A DNA stretch of 64,000 nt from Eledone cirrhosa (GCA_964016885.1 OZ024742.1:234980001-235044000); one strand, 5' to 3'. Numbered from the stretch's first letter, positions 49,687-63,234 are shown. Program-made: numbers and translations. Notes: a model not told the origin generated them from the letters alone.

Positions 49687-51612
49687 GTAAGGAATATTAT
49701 TTTGTTGATTTTATTTAACCACTTAAGTGTACTAGACAATATGTACGCATCAGGTATTAATGATCATTACACAGACACACATGTATGTATGTATTTGTGT
49801 GTTTCTGTGCATGTATGTATGTATATATTTGTGTGTCTCTCTGCATGTACGTGCATATGTATGTATGTGTGTGTGTATGTATGTATGTGTATATGTATGT
49901 AGGCATGCATGCTAGCAGAATACAAGGTGTTGTCGAGGTTGCGAAGTTAAACCTGAAATAACAATAAATGGACCAGGCACTCAATATCATTAGTATATTT
50001 TGTAATCTGAATGAGTAAATGAAATACAGATAATTCATGTATATTGAATAAGTGCGCATGAATAAGTGAAAGAGGAAATTCTTTTCAATGTATTTCAAAG
50101 CATTATTGGACAAAATAGGTTTTGTACTTGAAATTCTTATTATTACTGATTAGTCAGGAAGAGAAGGGCTGGGCCCACCACCCTTTTCAAGGCCTGGAGA
50201 GGGGTAGGGAAATACAGAGGTATCTTCAGACAGTAGACATAACCTGAATGCTTACAATGGTGTGGACTCTGCTAAAGGCACCCAATGGCCAGATGGTGGT
50301 GTCAAACCAGGCAACAGATTAAATATATCGTGCAAGTAAGCCACAGCATGATTTGAACTCAGAACAAATAATGTTCTAACAATTTCACTGGTCCGCAGCT
50401 TTAGACTGGTACTTTATTTTATCAACTTCTAAAAGACGAAAACAAAGTTGAGCCTTGCAGTGTTTTAACTGAGAGTGCAGTGAACCAGAACAAATACTGC
50501 AGGGTATATTGTCTTGCACTCTAACAACTCTGTCAATTCACCACCTACCACTGCCATTTTAAATTGAATAGAAGCCAGATTGTCAACAGGTAAACTACCC
50601 ATGGAAATAAGCATCATTGTTTTAATATGCAGAAACCCATGTGTCAAAGGCAACCCACATATCCAAATATTGGGAAAATGTTGGCAAGATTCACAAAGAT
50701 CTGACTTTCGCCATGTTTGCCCATGACATCCTCAGCCTACCTCTATAACTTCTTCCTTCCACTTAGAGAACTCCAGATACATTTTCACCCAATGACCATC
50801 ACTCACATACATTACATGTCCAGACCAGTGCAACCTTCTCTCTTGCACACTTCATCTGATTCCACTTAATAAGTTTTCTCAACTTTATGTGCTTTATTGG
50901 TTACTGTATTCTGTTGTCTTCTTCAAAGTGGGTAAAAAAAGGACAATGCTGGACATAATCATCATTGTTTATGGATTAAGATCAAAAAGGGCATCCAACT
51001 AGAAAAATCTACCTGAAAAACACCTTGTCCAACCCATGCTGGCATGGAAAATTGGACATAAAAAATAATGATGGTGATGATAATGATGATGCTTTATATA
51101 ATACCCACACTTACATATGTGATGGTAATTCCTTGTAGCCAAGTTACATGTCAACCTGGCGATAGAATTTTATAGGACAGTCTGTTGCTCACTAATCATC
51201 ATGATTATATGCAGCCTGTAATGAAAACCAGGGCCTAGATCCAATGTTAGAGACAGAGAACATGGAAAAGTGGGCATGAAATTACTATGATGATGACAGA
51301 TAGATAGACAGATATATATATATGTTATGTTTAACTATGTGTATCCAGTTTAGAATGAGTACACCATATACCTGTATGTCATAGGAAACAACTAAAAGGG
51401 TTAGTGTTAAGGTCACCCAGCAATGAAACATTCTGTAAAAAGTCCTGTCTGACCCATGTCAACATGGAAAGATGTATGTAAAAATTATGATAATGATGTT
51501 AATTTGAAGCTTGTATTTTCACATATCACATTGTGATATGTTGTAGTGTAGTATTTCACATTGTGGTACACATTGTATTATAGTATATATTTTATATTAT
51601 CATATATTATAG

Positions 51613-51697
51613 GTACCAATTTTGAAATAAATCAAAGCAATTCTCAAAGAACCAAAGCAATCATGAATACAGAAGATCTGTTTGCAGATCTTATCAG
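51613..51697 (+). CDS. SLC1/EAAT-family transporter exon (3-4 loop to TM4a)
   Basis: TAG acceptor, GTAA donor, phase 1-2. Translates (G)TNFEINQSNSQRTKAIMNTEDLFADLI(R), matching D.FLDLIR. Confidence 0.9.
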
Positions 51698-51761
51698 GTA
51701 AAATAAATTGTTTTACATCTCAATAAATGGTATTATGATTATGCTAAATGCATATGCATGT

Positions 51762-51990
51762 GTGGAACTGGATGGTACTGCTATGAAGAGGGACAGGCCA
51801 ATTGGCCTTGCCAAACCCTTCTCACAGCCAAATCATAGTTTGGGAACCTGGAACTGGATGGCACTGCCATGAGGAGGGACAAGCCGGTTGGCTGCGCTGA
51901 ACCCTCCTCACAGTGGAACCATAGTTTGGGTGCTGTAACCCCATTTGCAGACTGCAACTGGATGGCACCACTTTGAGGAGACAGTTGGAT
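51762..51990. repeat. About 86-bp tandem repeat (about 2.5 units); related units at about 39300-39470
   Basis: GGAACTGGATGG.ACTGC.ATGA.GAGGGACA.GCC..TTGGC recurs. Confidence 0.7.
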
Positions 51991-52627
51991 ATAATTTGAG
52001 AATGATTAAGATTTTGTTTCTAGCAGGTCAGATGTCAACATAGAGGCTCCATCATTTGCTCATGCGGTTGTAATGGGATGTTATGTAGTGTCTATATATA
52101 TATGTGTGTGCACATACATGTGTATACAATGTTTCTTTTAATATTTAAATAGTCACTGTGCACAATCAGAGATAACGTCCCAATTGGATAAGGTATTGGA
52201 TTTCTTACTCATGCATCATAAGTTCAAATCTTATAATAGCTTGTGTGGAGTGTGCATGTTGCATAGGTCAAATTAATTCAATTTTCTTGACTGACAATGT
52301 AAGAAATTACACAATCCATGCCCACTTTCCAGTTGAAAGCTTAGTAAAATAAACAAAAAAAGACACCTATTCCACTTAGGAAAGCATTGAAAAGTTGATG
52401 AAGAACAGTATTATAAATAATTGTTTCTACTATTGACACAAGGCTTTGCATGTATGTATGCATGACATACTTTGCATGTATGTATGCATGAGTAGTAAAG
52501 CTAGTTTGAAAATGACAGATTGTATTAGGATGGGACAGATGAATGAATGGAGGTAATAGATTTTTACATACTTATATATATATTTTTACACACAGATATA
52601 TATATATATATATATATGTAAGTATGT

Positions 52628-53967
52628 GGGAAGTTGAGTCTTCTGTATTACTGCATGACGCCCGAGGTCGCAGTTGTGTGTCATCGCCCTTGAGGGGTAC
52701 AATTGAGTAAGGTCAGCTTTTATCACCTCATCGCAGGTATTCTTGGGTCTCCCCACTCCGCGGTTTCCATCGACTTCTAGTGCTCTGCACCTTATTATAC
52801 AGCTGTCATCCTTCATACGCATCACCTGTCCATACCAATGCAACCTCCTCTCCTGCACACAGCATTTGATTCCTCTTATGCTCAGTCTCTCTCTCAATTC
52901 GTTTATGCTTTGCTGTTCGCGTATATTACTATTACACATCCATCGGAGCATGCAAGCTTCATTTCTTTCTAATCTACGCAAGTCTTTTACAGACAGTGCC
53001 CAGGTCTCACTACCATGTAACATTGCTGTTCATATATACACATCATACAGTCTGCCTTTCATTTTGAGGGAAAAGCCTTTTGCAGCTAGCAGTGGCAGTA
53101 GCTCCCTGAACTTCTTCCATCCCGTTCTTACCTTAGTTATTGTACTTTCCGAACACCCATCTTTGCTGCTAATTCGGTCACCTAGGTAGCAGAAGCTGTC
53201 TAGTGTTTCTACAGAGCCCTCCCAGAGTTTGGTGGTGCTTGTTTCCTGTGGCCATTTGCTGCTTGCTATCCCAGCGCAGCTGCTACATGTAAAGCCTACA
53301 TTCTTAGTTAAGCTTCCTGAGATCCCACTACATCTCTTGTGTACCCATTGTTTGCATTTGGGGAAGAGGATGGAGTTCCTACATACTGAGCAAGGCCATT
53401 TCCCTGAGGGGATCTGGGTTCTGTTTTCTCGTCTACTTATGAGGTCTTTGTCAGGTTGACTTTGAGACCCTTTCTTTCTAGTCCCTGCTTCTATGTTTGG
53501 AATTTCTTCTCTAGTTCCACCATAGATTCAGCTATAAGTGTGAGATTATCCTCATATAGGAGTTCCCATGGGCATCCGGTCTTAAACTCCTCCGTTATTG
53601 CCTGCAAAACTATAATGAACAGGAGAGGGCTAAGAACAGAGCCCTGGTGGACACTAATCTGTATGCTAAATTCCTCGCTATAGTCATTGCTAACCCTTAC
53701 TTTGCTGACTGCTCCTCTATACATGGCATGTACAGCTTTCATAAGCCATTCATCTACTCCTAGTTTTCTAAGAGCCCACCAGATTATAGTACGGGGGACT
53801 CTGTCGAAGGCTTTTTCCAGATCGACGAATGCCAGGTAGAACGGCTTACTTTTAGCTAGGTACTTTTTCTGTAACTGTCTCAAAAAGAAGAGGGCATCAG
53901 TGGTGCCTTTTTCTGGTACAAACCCAAATAGCATCTTATCTAGTTTTACCCGGTACCTAATCAGCTG
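52628..53967 (-). mobile_element. RTE LINE, 5'-truncated, same subfamily as 1677-2935
   Basis: FGFVPEKGTTDALF...HQGSVLSPLLF...LHGSETW...WYGQVMRM. Confidence 0.93.
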
Positions 53968-53968
53968 T

Positions 53969-54235
53969 TAGGAAACAGCACAGCTCCCATGACTTTCAGA
54001 AACATTTTTTTACGCTCAGAGTTGCTGAAGCATGGAACAAACTACCTACATCAGTTATTAGCTGTCGAGACACTGCCTCCTTTAAAACCTCCATGCTTCC
54101 TGAGATTCGCCAACACTACACCTATATTCCCCTGCCATACACACGCACACATGTATATCATGACTCATACACTATTCATTTCCCTGACATTTGTATATTA
54201 TTCTATGTACTATACATGCAGCTTTGATGAGTTGA
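53969..54235 (+). mobile_element. CR1-group LINE 3' end
   Basis: RKQHSSHDFQKHFFTLRVAEAWNKLPTSVISCRDTASFK matches the FF..RV...WN.LP..V.......FK C-terminus of CR1-type ORF2. Confidence 0.75.
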
Positions 54236-54984
54236 ATATATTTGGTTTCTATGGCTGAATACCCTTCCTAACACCAACCATTTTACAGTATGTACTGAGA
54301 ACATTTTACTGTGACTCCAGCACTACTATCTTACAGGGTTGACTAAGTGCTTTTGTATGCCAGTGTAGAATGAAAATTAAACTTTATGCATCAATAAGTT
54401 ATGAACCAAAGAAGTTAAAGATTAATAGACGCATTTTAAAGCTATCATTTTTTTTCCTTGCACAAAAATATAAAATTATCTCTATATTATGGAAACTTGA
54501 ATGTACAATGCCAAATTGTATAGGTTAAATATTTTACATGGAGAATAACTCACAGTGTTTAAAGAATAAACTAATATATCCAGGCACTACTATTATAAGT
54601 CAATATACTTCAATAAAAGACTAAAAGTTTTTTACGATTTCTCTGAGTCTAAGCACCAAACAGATAGTAATGTCTATTCCTTCTCTTCTGCCTAATATTT
54701 GATCTTTATTGTATGTAAATACAATACAGAGGAACAAGGCAACAACACACGCACACACACACTCAAGCGAGACAACAACACACGCACACACACACTCAAG
54801 CGAGACAACAACACACGCACACACAGTAACATTTAACAAACAGGCAGAGAGTGGACTGACAGCTAGCACCACTCCCTCATTCGGCCTCTGCCCGACCGAC
54901 CCCATTTCACGCGCACGCACGCTCTGCTGAATACCTCAGATATTCAAAACAACAAACAGCGGAGGACGCGTTTCACACCTGTCC

Positions 54985-55398
54985 GACAGACAACCTTTCC
55001 CCCACCCCGGAAAAAAACCCCAGTTGATGGATGTGAATCCGAAATATATAGGGACAATTAAATCTCTCCCAAGGTAACTCTCTCTCGTGTTGTTATTTTT
55101 ATTTTATCCTTTATACTTTTTCATTCATTCTTCTACACATCTTATACACACCACGCATCTCAACGTACACCCACTTACATCTCTCTCTCCACCACCGGAT
55201 CTTGTTACCCGGAGATTTACCCATTTGCATTGTCGAGGCTTCCAAACGACTTAAAGATATTTACATATATATATATATATGTATATATATGTATATATCT
55301 GTATATATCTGTATATATATATATATATATATAATATATATATTATATATATATATATATAATATATATATTATATATATATATAATATATATATTTT

Positions 55399-55445
<47 letters not shown>

Positions 55446-55919
55446 TATTTTATATATATATAATATATATATATATATATAATATATATATTATATATAT
55501 TATATATATATACATATATAATATATATATATATATTATTTATATATATATAATATATATATTCATTTCATTTCATTTTACGTCCGCTTTTTCCCTGCTT
55601 GCAAGGGTGGGACGGGAACTGATGCTGGCTTGATTTCTACAGCTGGATGCCCTTCCTAACACCAACCTCATTTACAGTGAGTGCTGGGTGCTTTTTTGCC
55701 GTGGCGCCTCCACGACCACTTTGCAGTGGTATGATAGGGACCCCAGTCCCTATCATCTCATTTCTACAGCTGAGTAAACTGGAGCAATGTGAAATAAAGT
55801 GTCTTGCTCAAGGAAACAACACATCACCCAGTCTGAGAATTGAACTCACAGCCTTTGGATTGCAAGGCCAATGCTCTAACCACTAAGCCATGTGCCTCCA
55901 TAATCATCATCATATAATG

Positions 55920-55951
<32 letters not shown>

Positions 55952-57014
55952 TATATTTAGAGTTATAAGCTCAAACAGTCCTTTACAATTAATTAGCTCA
56001 AAGAAAGAAGCATTTCTGAGCCGTGAAATACAAGTTAATATAAATTAATATATGATAAACACACAAGTGTTTGTATTGTAAAAGACGAAGTTAGCTAGAA
56101 TGAAATAAACTAATCCAAATGAATATAGTTTGCCTGTCTCGATTTAAAATAATAAATCAATAAAAACACACCCATATTGGCAATAGCCGTGATACCTGGA
56201 CAAATTTAAATTTCAAAATCCAAACCTGTTCCGCAGATGAATTTGAATTTCAAAACCCAAATAAGTTTCGCAACGATAGTGTAAAAAGTGAAATATTCCA
56301 ATTTTCTGTGCTTATCAACAGGTATCCAGAAAAATTAGGATGCTTCACCTCGAAATAATTTAGTAGCTCAAACAGTCCTTTACAATTAATTAGCTCAAAG
56401 AAAGAAGCATTTCTGAGCCGTGAAATACATATAAATACATATAAATTAATATATGATAAACACATAAGTGTTTGTATTGTAAAAGACAAAGTTAGCTAGA
56501 GTGAAATAAACTAATCCAAATGAATATAGTTTGCCTGTCTCGATTTAAAATAATATAATATTACGGCTCCTTTTGTTGAGCTAATTTTTAATCCCACATA
56601 AACGGCTGTTATTTCTAGCGCCATGAGTATGAGATAGCTAGTGAGCTGGAAAACCTTGTGCGTTTGCGCTTGTGAACCAAACCTCCTAAATTATTTCGAG
56701 GTGAAGCATCCTAATTTTTCTGGATACCTGTTGATAAGCACAGAAAATTGGAATATTTCACTTTTTACACTATCGTTGCGAAACTTATTTGGGTTTTGAA
56801 ATTCAAATTCATCTGCGGAACAGGTTTGGATTTTGAAATTTAAATTTGTCCAGGTATCACAGCTATTGCCAATATGGGTTTGTTTTTATTGATTTATTAT
56901 TTTAAATCGAGACAAGCAAATTATATTCATTTGGATTAGTTTATTTCATTCTAGCTAACTTTGTCTTTTACAATACAAACACTTATGTGTTTATCATATA
57001 TTAATTTATATTAA

Positions 57015-57077
<63 letters not shown>

Positions 57078-57360
57078 CAGAATATTAATAAATAAAGACA
57101 TTCACATAATCAAAATATATGTTTTATTATATATATTTTGAAGGTACTGTGCTGTTTTTTCAGTACGTCCTCGTCAGATAAAAAAACACCAGGTACCTTC
57201 CAAATATATATAATAAAACATATTTTGATTATGTGAATGTCTTCATTTATTAATATTCTGAATAATATTAATAACTCCAGAAAACTTCCTTGTAGAGTGT
57301 TTTTAATCTATTGTAAATCTATATTCATTGAGTAATCAATGAACCATATTAATCTTTGGT

Positions 57361-57393
<33 letters not shown>

Positions 57394-57456
57394 GTATATA
57401 AATGTATATATATATGTATATATATATGTATATATATATATGTATATATATATATG

Positions 57457-57490
<34 letters not shown>

Positions 57491-57549
57491 TATATATACA
57501 TACATATATATATATATACATATATATATACATATATATATATATACAA

Positions 57550-57590
<41 letters not shown>

Positions 57591-57591
57591 C

Positions 57592-57642
<51 letters not shown>

Positions 57643-58093
57643 CATATATATATATATTTTGATATATACATATATATATACATATATATATATATACATA
57701 TATATATACATTTATACATATATATACATATATATACATATATATATATATATACATAAGAGAGTATTGAAGTTTGCTTGAAGCATTGTGGAATAATAAG
57801 GTAAATTTCTTTAAGTCGTTTGGAAGCCTCGACAATGCAGATGGGTAAATCTCCGGGTAACAAGATCCGGTGGTGGAGAGAGAGATGTAAGTGGGTGTAC
57901 GTTGAGATGCGTGGCGTGTATAAGACTGTAGCATGTAGAGGAATGAAGCAAAGAGTGTAAAGGATAAAAATAAAAATAACAACACAAGAAAGAGTTACCT
58001 TGGGAGAGATTTAATTGTTCCTATATATTTCGGGTTCACATCCATCAACTGGAGCGTTTTTCCGGGCGGGGGGGGGGGGGGGGGTTGTCTGTC
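54985..58093. repeat. Nested inverted-repeat complex
   Basis: Outer arms 54985-55264 and 57801-58093. Inner arms 56032-56363 and 56686-57017. Direct repeat 55968-56154 and 56365-56554. Palindrome 57070-57268. Degenerate (TA)n tracts at 55261-55560 and 57361-57758. Confidence 0.9.
55564..55899 (-). mobile_element. Full-length SINE family B
   Basis: Minus strand reads GGAGGCACATGGCTTAGTGGTTAG (A box)...GAGTTCAATTC (B box)...GCGGACGTAAAATGAAATG. Confidence 0.9.
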
Positions 58094-58149
58094 AGCTCTA
58101 CCTGGAGTGACTCTCTTATCTCCAAGCTACACACTTTTTGAAGTAAATT

Positions 58150-59480
58150 TACTTCAAACCTCCTTCAGAGGAATCCCATTTTAACCGCTTCTATTCGCAT
58201 TTGTATTCTTTTGGTCATTACTCAAGATTCATGATCATAGGTAAGGGTTGGCACAAATACTGAATTGAAGATAGCAAGTTTGGCCTTTTCACCTACCTCC
58301 TTTCAGCATTACTGCACCAGCTCCTGCAATTCTTGTACTTAATTCAGCCTCCTGCCTTCCATCACTCATGTTATGACCCCGAGATACTTTAACTTCTCTA
58401 CCTGCTTCAGTGGAACTCCATTCACATGTAGAGTGCACTGCGCAGGCTTCCTTGAGAGGACGAGTGTCTCAGTTTTCACAGCACTGATTTTCATTCCAGC
58501 CATGCAACACTCAGCAATGAAAAAACACCTATCAAGAGCAAGTCAACATCTCGGGCTGGATTTCATCTTCTCCAGTGGCTTTGCCACATTTAAGCTCTTT
58601 AACTGCTCTTGTGACCACAGTCTCTGAGAGATTAGTCATCACTCCCAAATGCACCTCGTGTACATCAAAAGATGCTGTTGTGATCGAGTTTAGAAGATCA
58701 GCAAAGTATTCTCTCCATCTTCCATCTTACAAGGATACACCTCTCTGAAGAGAGGAGAATCCCAGATGTGTTCTTAATAGCAAGTGTGGAGGAGGGCTTA
58801 TTACGAAGTCAGCGGAGGGTCTTCCAGAACACTTTATTTGCTGACCTGAAGTCGGATTCCAGCTTAACACCCAAAGTCCTCCCATGTCTTAACTTTGGAT
58901 GCTTTTACTGTCTCTGCTGTGATTTTTCATGCCTGTTTGTACCACAAGTGCAAGAAGGATTTATTTCCAAGCCAAGATTTGTAAGCCTTCCTCTTTGCTC
59001 AGATGGCATCTTTGACCCCTTGATTGAACCAAGGGGTCTTCCTGCCATCTGGTGCCACACCAAACTCTTTTGCCTGCAGTATTTAACAGCTGAAGCCGAA
59101 ACTACTGCACTGAACAATCTCTCCTTTGTCTCAATGTCCTCAGTTTGCTCAGGGAGTTCTCTGAATTTGGATGCCATAGTATCTGCATACCTGGTCCAGA
59201 TTTCCTTATCCACCAATGCTTCCCACTTTATCCTGTAGGTCGCCCTGGACCTACCAGTTTTGTGGGCTTCTTTGACTTTAGTTAGTCTCAAGCTGCAGAT
59301 AACTAGATGATGATCAGTCCACAGCTCAGCCCCTCTCTTAACATGAACATCCAGCACAGAATTGAAGAGATCAGAGACAATAACAAAATCAATTGTTGAT
59401 CTCTATCCCTGATTCCCCTCATACCATATATATTTATGGATGTCTCTGTGCAGAAAGGTGTTCATAATACAGAGTCCATT
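58150..59480 (-). mobile_element. Older RTE-clade (Expander-like) LINE relic, APE end plus RT pieces
   Basis: NTF.HRDIHKYIWY...RSTIDFVIVS...DVHVKRGAELWTDHHLV, and EKLKYLGV. Confidence 0.75.
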
Positions 59481-60055
59481 CCTTCCAATCACTCTTTTTC
59501 ATGTCAAGTGGTCAGTGAGTGCCAACATGTGCATTGAAGTCTCCCATATACGTTCACTACCTACAAAATAATCTACAGCTAATTCAGTAAGGGATGTTTT
59601 CACTATGAGCAGCTGGTGTATCCAAACACAATTGTTCTCAATCAAAACATATTTTGATTTATTCAGGAAACTTAAATTCAAATCTGTTTATATTTGCATT
59701 TTTATTTTTGTTATTTCTTAGTTTGCTTTATATCAATAATAAGGTATAAACTATTGCCAACAATAGTATACCAAGTGGAGCAAAGTCATGAGCATAGCCA
59801 TGTCAACTTTTACTTTCTTCTCTGCCAACTTCTGTGACAAAGTTAGTTGTAGATGTTAGTATATATCATACAGCTAGCACAACAACATTCAAAATTCTTG
59901 TACCAGGATTCTTTACATCTGCTCCGGACTTGCACCTTAATGGATTACAGTGTCCTAAATTATTCATGCCACAATATTTCAATAAAACTGTTTAACTACT
60001 ACTACTAATGACAACAACAACAACATGAAATTTTGTTTCTTCTTCATTCTGACAG

Positions 60056-60098
60056 AAATATATTTCCTGATGACATCATATCTGCTTCATTTAGACAG
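60056..60098 (+). CDS. SLC1/EAAT-family transporter exon (TM4a-4b), 43 bp
   Basis: CAG acceptor, GTAAG donor, phase 2-0. Translates (R)NIFPDDIISASFRQ, matching RNLFP.NLV.ACFQQ. Confidence 0.88.
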
Positions 60099-60934
60099 GT
60101 AAGATAAATATTTCTTTTTTTGCAACTATTGTCTCTCTTTGATATATTTAAGCCTGCTGACACTTATTATTTTGTCGTTTTAATTCTGTTTGCTGGGACA
60201 ATGAGGCCATGTGCACCTGGGGTTCTGCACACCAGAAAGCATCCTCCCACATTGTCTGGGCTCATATCATTGAAGTAGTGATAACAACCGAGTATTCTTT
60301 CTCGTTTTATAATTTTATTTTTTATTTCCAGTCAAGCAAAGCATTTATAGTGTTACAATAGAATGCAATATTTTTTAGAGAGAGATAGGAAGTTCAATGG
60401 TATTAACTTTTAATGCCCTTTACCACATGAAACCACATTAGCAAGACATTCTTCAAAAGTATAAAACAGCTATATGACTGCATCACATTAAATATTAATG
60501 TCTTTCCTCTAACACTGCAAATTTTCACAACAAACTGTCCACAAGTAAAATTAGTATAAACATTTGAATTAACAAGTCTGCTTTTAGATATTTCCTGTTA
60601 AATCATAACAGAATGTTCAGAGTTCAGTGATCGACTACTTAGTACATAAGTTCTATGTTTACTATTATAACCATTGTATTTTGTCCCAGTTTGCAAAATT
60701 GACAACAAAAGTGTAGTATCTTTATTTCACAGTTGAGTGATTAACAATGAAGGGTGTTTCATTTTTAGTATTTTTGTTTCAATGTATATGAGCTCTATCA
60801 GGGCACTCAGTATACAATTTGAGATTATGCGGAGTGCCCTATTATGATTTTATGTAGAGAGATTAAGAATACAAACAGCGCTGACATAGTCCATAATAAA
60901 TCTAATGTATTGTTTATAAACCATTGTTACATAA

Positions 60935-61260
60935 TAGGAGCTGAATGGTTAAGAAGTTTACTTCACAATCATGAGTTTTCAGTTTCAATCCCACTGTTTG
61001 GTACCGTGAGCAAGTGTCTCTCGTCATAGCCACACATCGATGTATTGTGAGTGAAATTGAATAGATGGAAATTGGTTGAAAGTCCAGTGGGTTGAGTGTA
61101 CCTGAATTCAAGGGGCCAACCTTGTCACATACAATCTCATGCTCAATCTCCCTGAGAATTACATTAAGGGTATGTGCGCTTGTGGAGTACTCATCCATTT
61201 ACACATTAATTTTATGAGCAAGCTGTTTCATTGATCAAACAACTGAACACTCATCAATTT
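60935..61260 (+). mobile_element. SINE family C; a further decayed copy at about 46180-46500
   Basis: Degenerate tRNA head (AGCTGAATGGTTAAG...TTTCAATCCC) and a body shared with 22320-22590. Confidence 0.65.
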
Positions 61261-62927
61261 TGCTTGCTTGGCTTTGTCTTCATTGTATGTTGTGAATGCT
61301 TTAGAGGTGTCTAAGTAACTCAGTATTTTTGTCTCCTGTGTCTATATCTAATATGTGAAAGAACAGTGAAATAGATTGATTGATAAATAGCTAGTTTATA
61401 TCATTATTAACAAATACTTCATATTATATACACAAGAATGTATAATTTGGTCACATAGTTGAGAGAAAGTAATGACAAAAACGCAGACGAAAATAAATTT
61501 GGCATAGACAAAATGTAGCATTTAAACTTAGAAAATCAACAATATATAGTTTGAAAGACATTGAAATAATTGGTGAGTTTACATCTCAAAATGCCTCTGG
61601 AATTTCAAATGCATCGATTGATTCAATAATTGATCAAATCAGACCAAGGGAACAATGTTTCCATTAGTCTTTCCATTGCTAATACTAACTACTGGTTGCA
61701 ATTCTTTGCAGAAAGGGCAACATAAAATAAAGTACCTTGCTCAAGGACATAACACATTGCCCAGTCCAGGAACCAAACTCACAACTTCACAATTGCGTGT
61801 CCAATTTCCGAACCACCAAGCATGGTAAAATGGACATCAGAATAGAAATAACAAGATCATGATCTTTGATTAAATTGTTTTCAAGAATATCATGATCAGA
61901 GAATCTTATAACATGCTGGTTGTGGGCCCCACTGAAAAACTTGTCTTCATGTAGTAATTCTCAAGAAGATTACACTGGAAGGGTTTTCTATTACCTTTTC
62001 CAGGCCCACAGGTCAAATTGAACTCATTACTGCAAACTTTAAGATTTAAGTGTCCTGGTAACAAACATAACACAGTTTTGATGATAGGTTATGAACCACA
62101 AATCTCTCAGTTGCTTGTCCTCTACACTATCCACTCAGCTAGCTACACTCTCCTTTCAGATTATACTGATACTGATGCAATCAACTATAATCTCACCCTC
62201 CCTACAATGACTGGCTTTGTTGAATCTCTATTCTAAGAAATCAATATAGGCAACAAAAGAAATAGTATTTGCACATACACCCTCTCATATATATATATAT
62301 ATATACTAGGCCACCTGTGACCTGTTGGCTCACGAGCACTTCAAAATATTTTTTTTAAATCATGTTCACTTAAAAATAATTTTTGAATAATTAAAATATA
62401 CACAGACATGTATATAATGTGAAATGAAACTGGAAGGCCCATATATATATATATACGTGTGTGTATATATATATATATATATATAAATGTGGGTGTGTGT
62501 ATACATATATATGTATGTGTGTGTGTATACATATATATGTATGTGTGTGTGTATATATATATATATATATGTGGGTGTCTGTGATCTATATACACTGGTC
62601 ATAGACACACATATACACACATATATATACACACACACTCACATATATATATACACAACAACACCACCAGCTCGCTCTCTTCCATTCTCCTTCTCTGTCT
62701 CCTCTCCCTCTCTTTATTTCTGTTTCTCTCTCTCTCTGTTTATGAAGGTACCCTGATAAACTCCACATCTCGGGAACCTGTGGTCCAATTTATGCGAAAC
62801 TTGTTTTATTCCATTTGTATTCCCATTTCAGGGTCAACTTCCTTTCAAAGTATTTTCCCATTATGTGCCCTTTTGGGTGTATTACATTACAGACAAGCAA
62901 GTAATCACAGAATTTTAGTAATATATA

Positions 62928-62970
<43 letters not shown>

Positions 62971-63145
62971 TAGGGTGTGGTAAAATATCAGGTGAACCAC
63001 AACCCACCAGAGTACTCGATACTTGGGGTAGTAGGTGAAGAAATTCAGGACCCCAACGGCTGAGCTCTGGCCATTTCGACAGCTAGTTCTGAACTATATA
63101 TATACGTATATGTATGTATATATATATATATAATATATATATATA

Positions 63146-63179
<34 letters not shown>

Positions 63180-63234
63180 GGTGCAATAAGTAGCAGCAAG
63201 TGCCCACAGAATACTAGCTCCTTCCATTGCACAG

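Noticed and set aside
55018-55055. Third functional hammerhead in the outer inverted repeat
   Set aside because: Both copies read CAGTTGA instead of CTGANGA, so the core U4 and A6 are lost. Kept only as a remark in the nested-repeat finding.
57150-57190. Minus-strand CTGACGA...GAAA in the loop of the 57070-57268 palindrome
   Set aside because: Stem II is weak and there is no stem III or UH cleavage site.
60332-60361. Next transporter exon after a good polypyrimidine-CAG
   Set aside because: The required phase-0 frame stops after nine codons.
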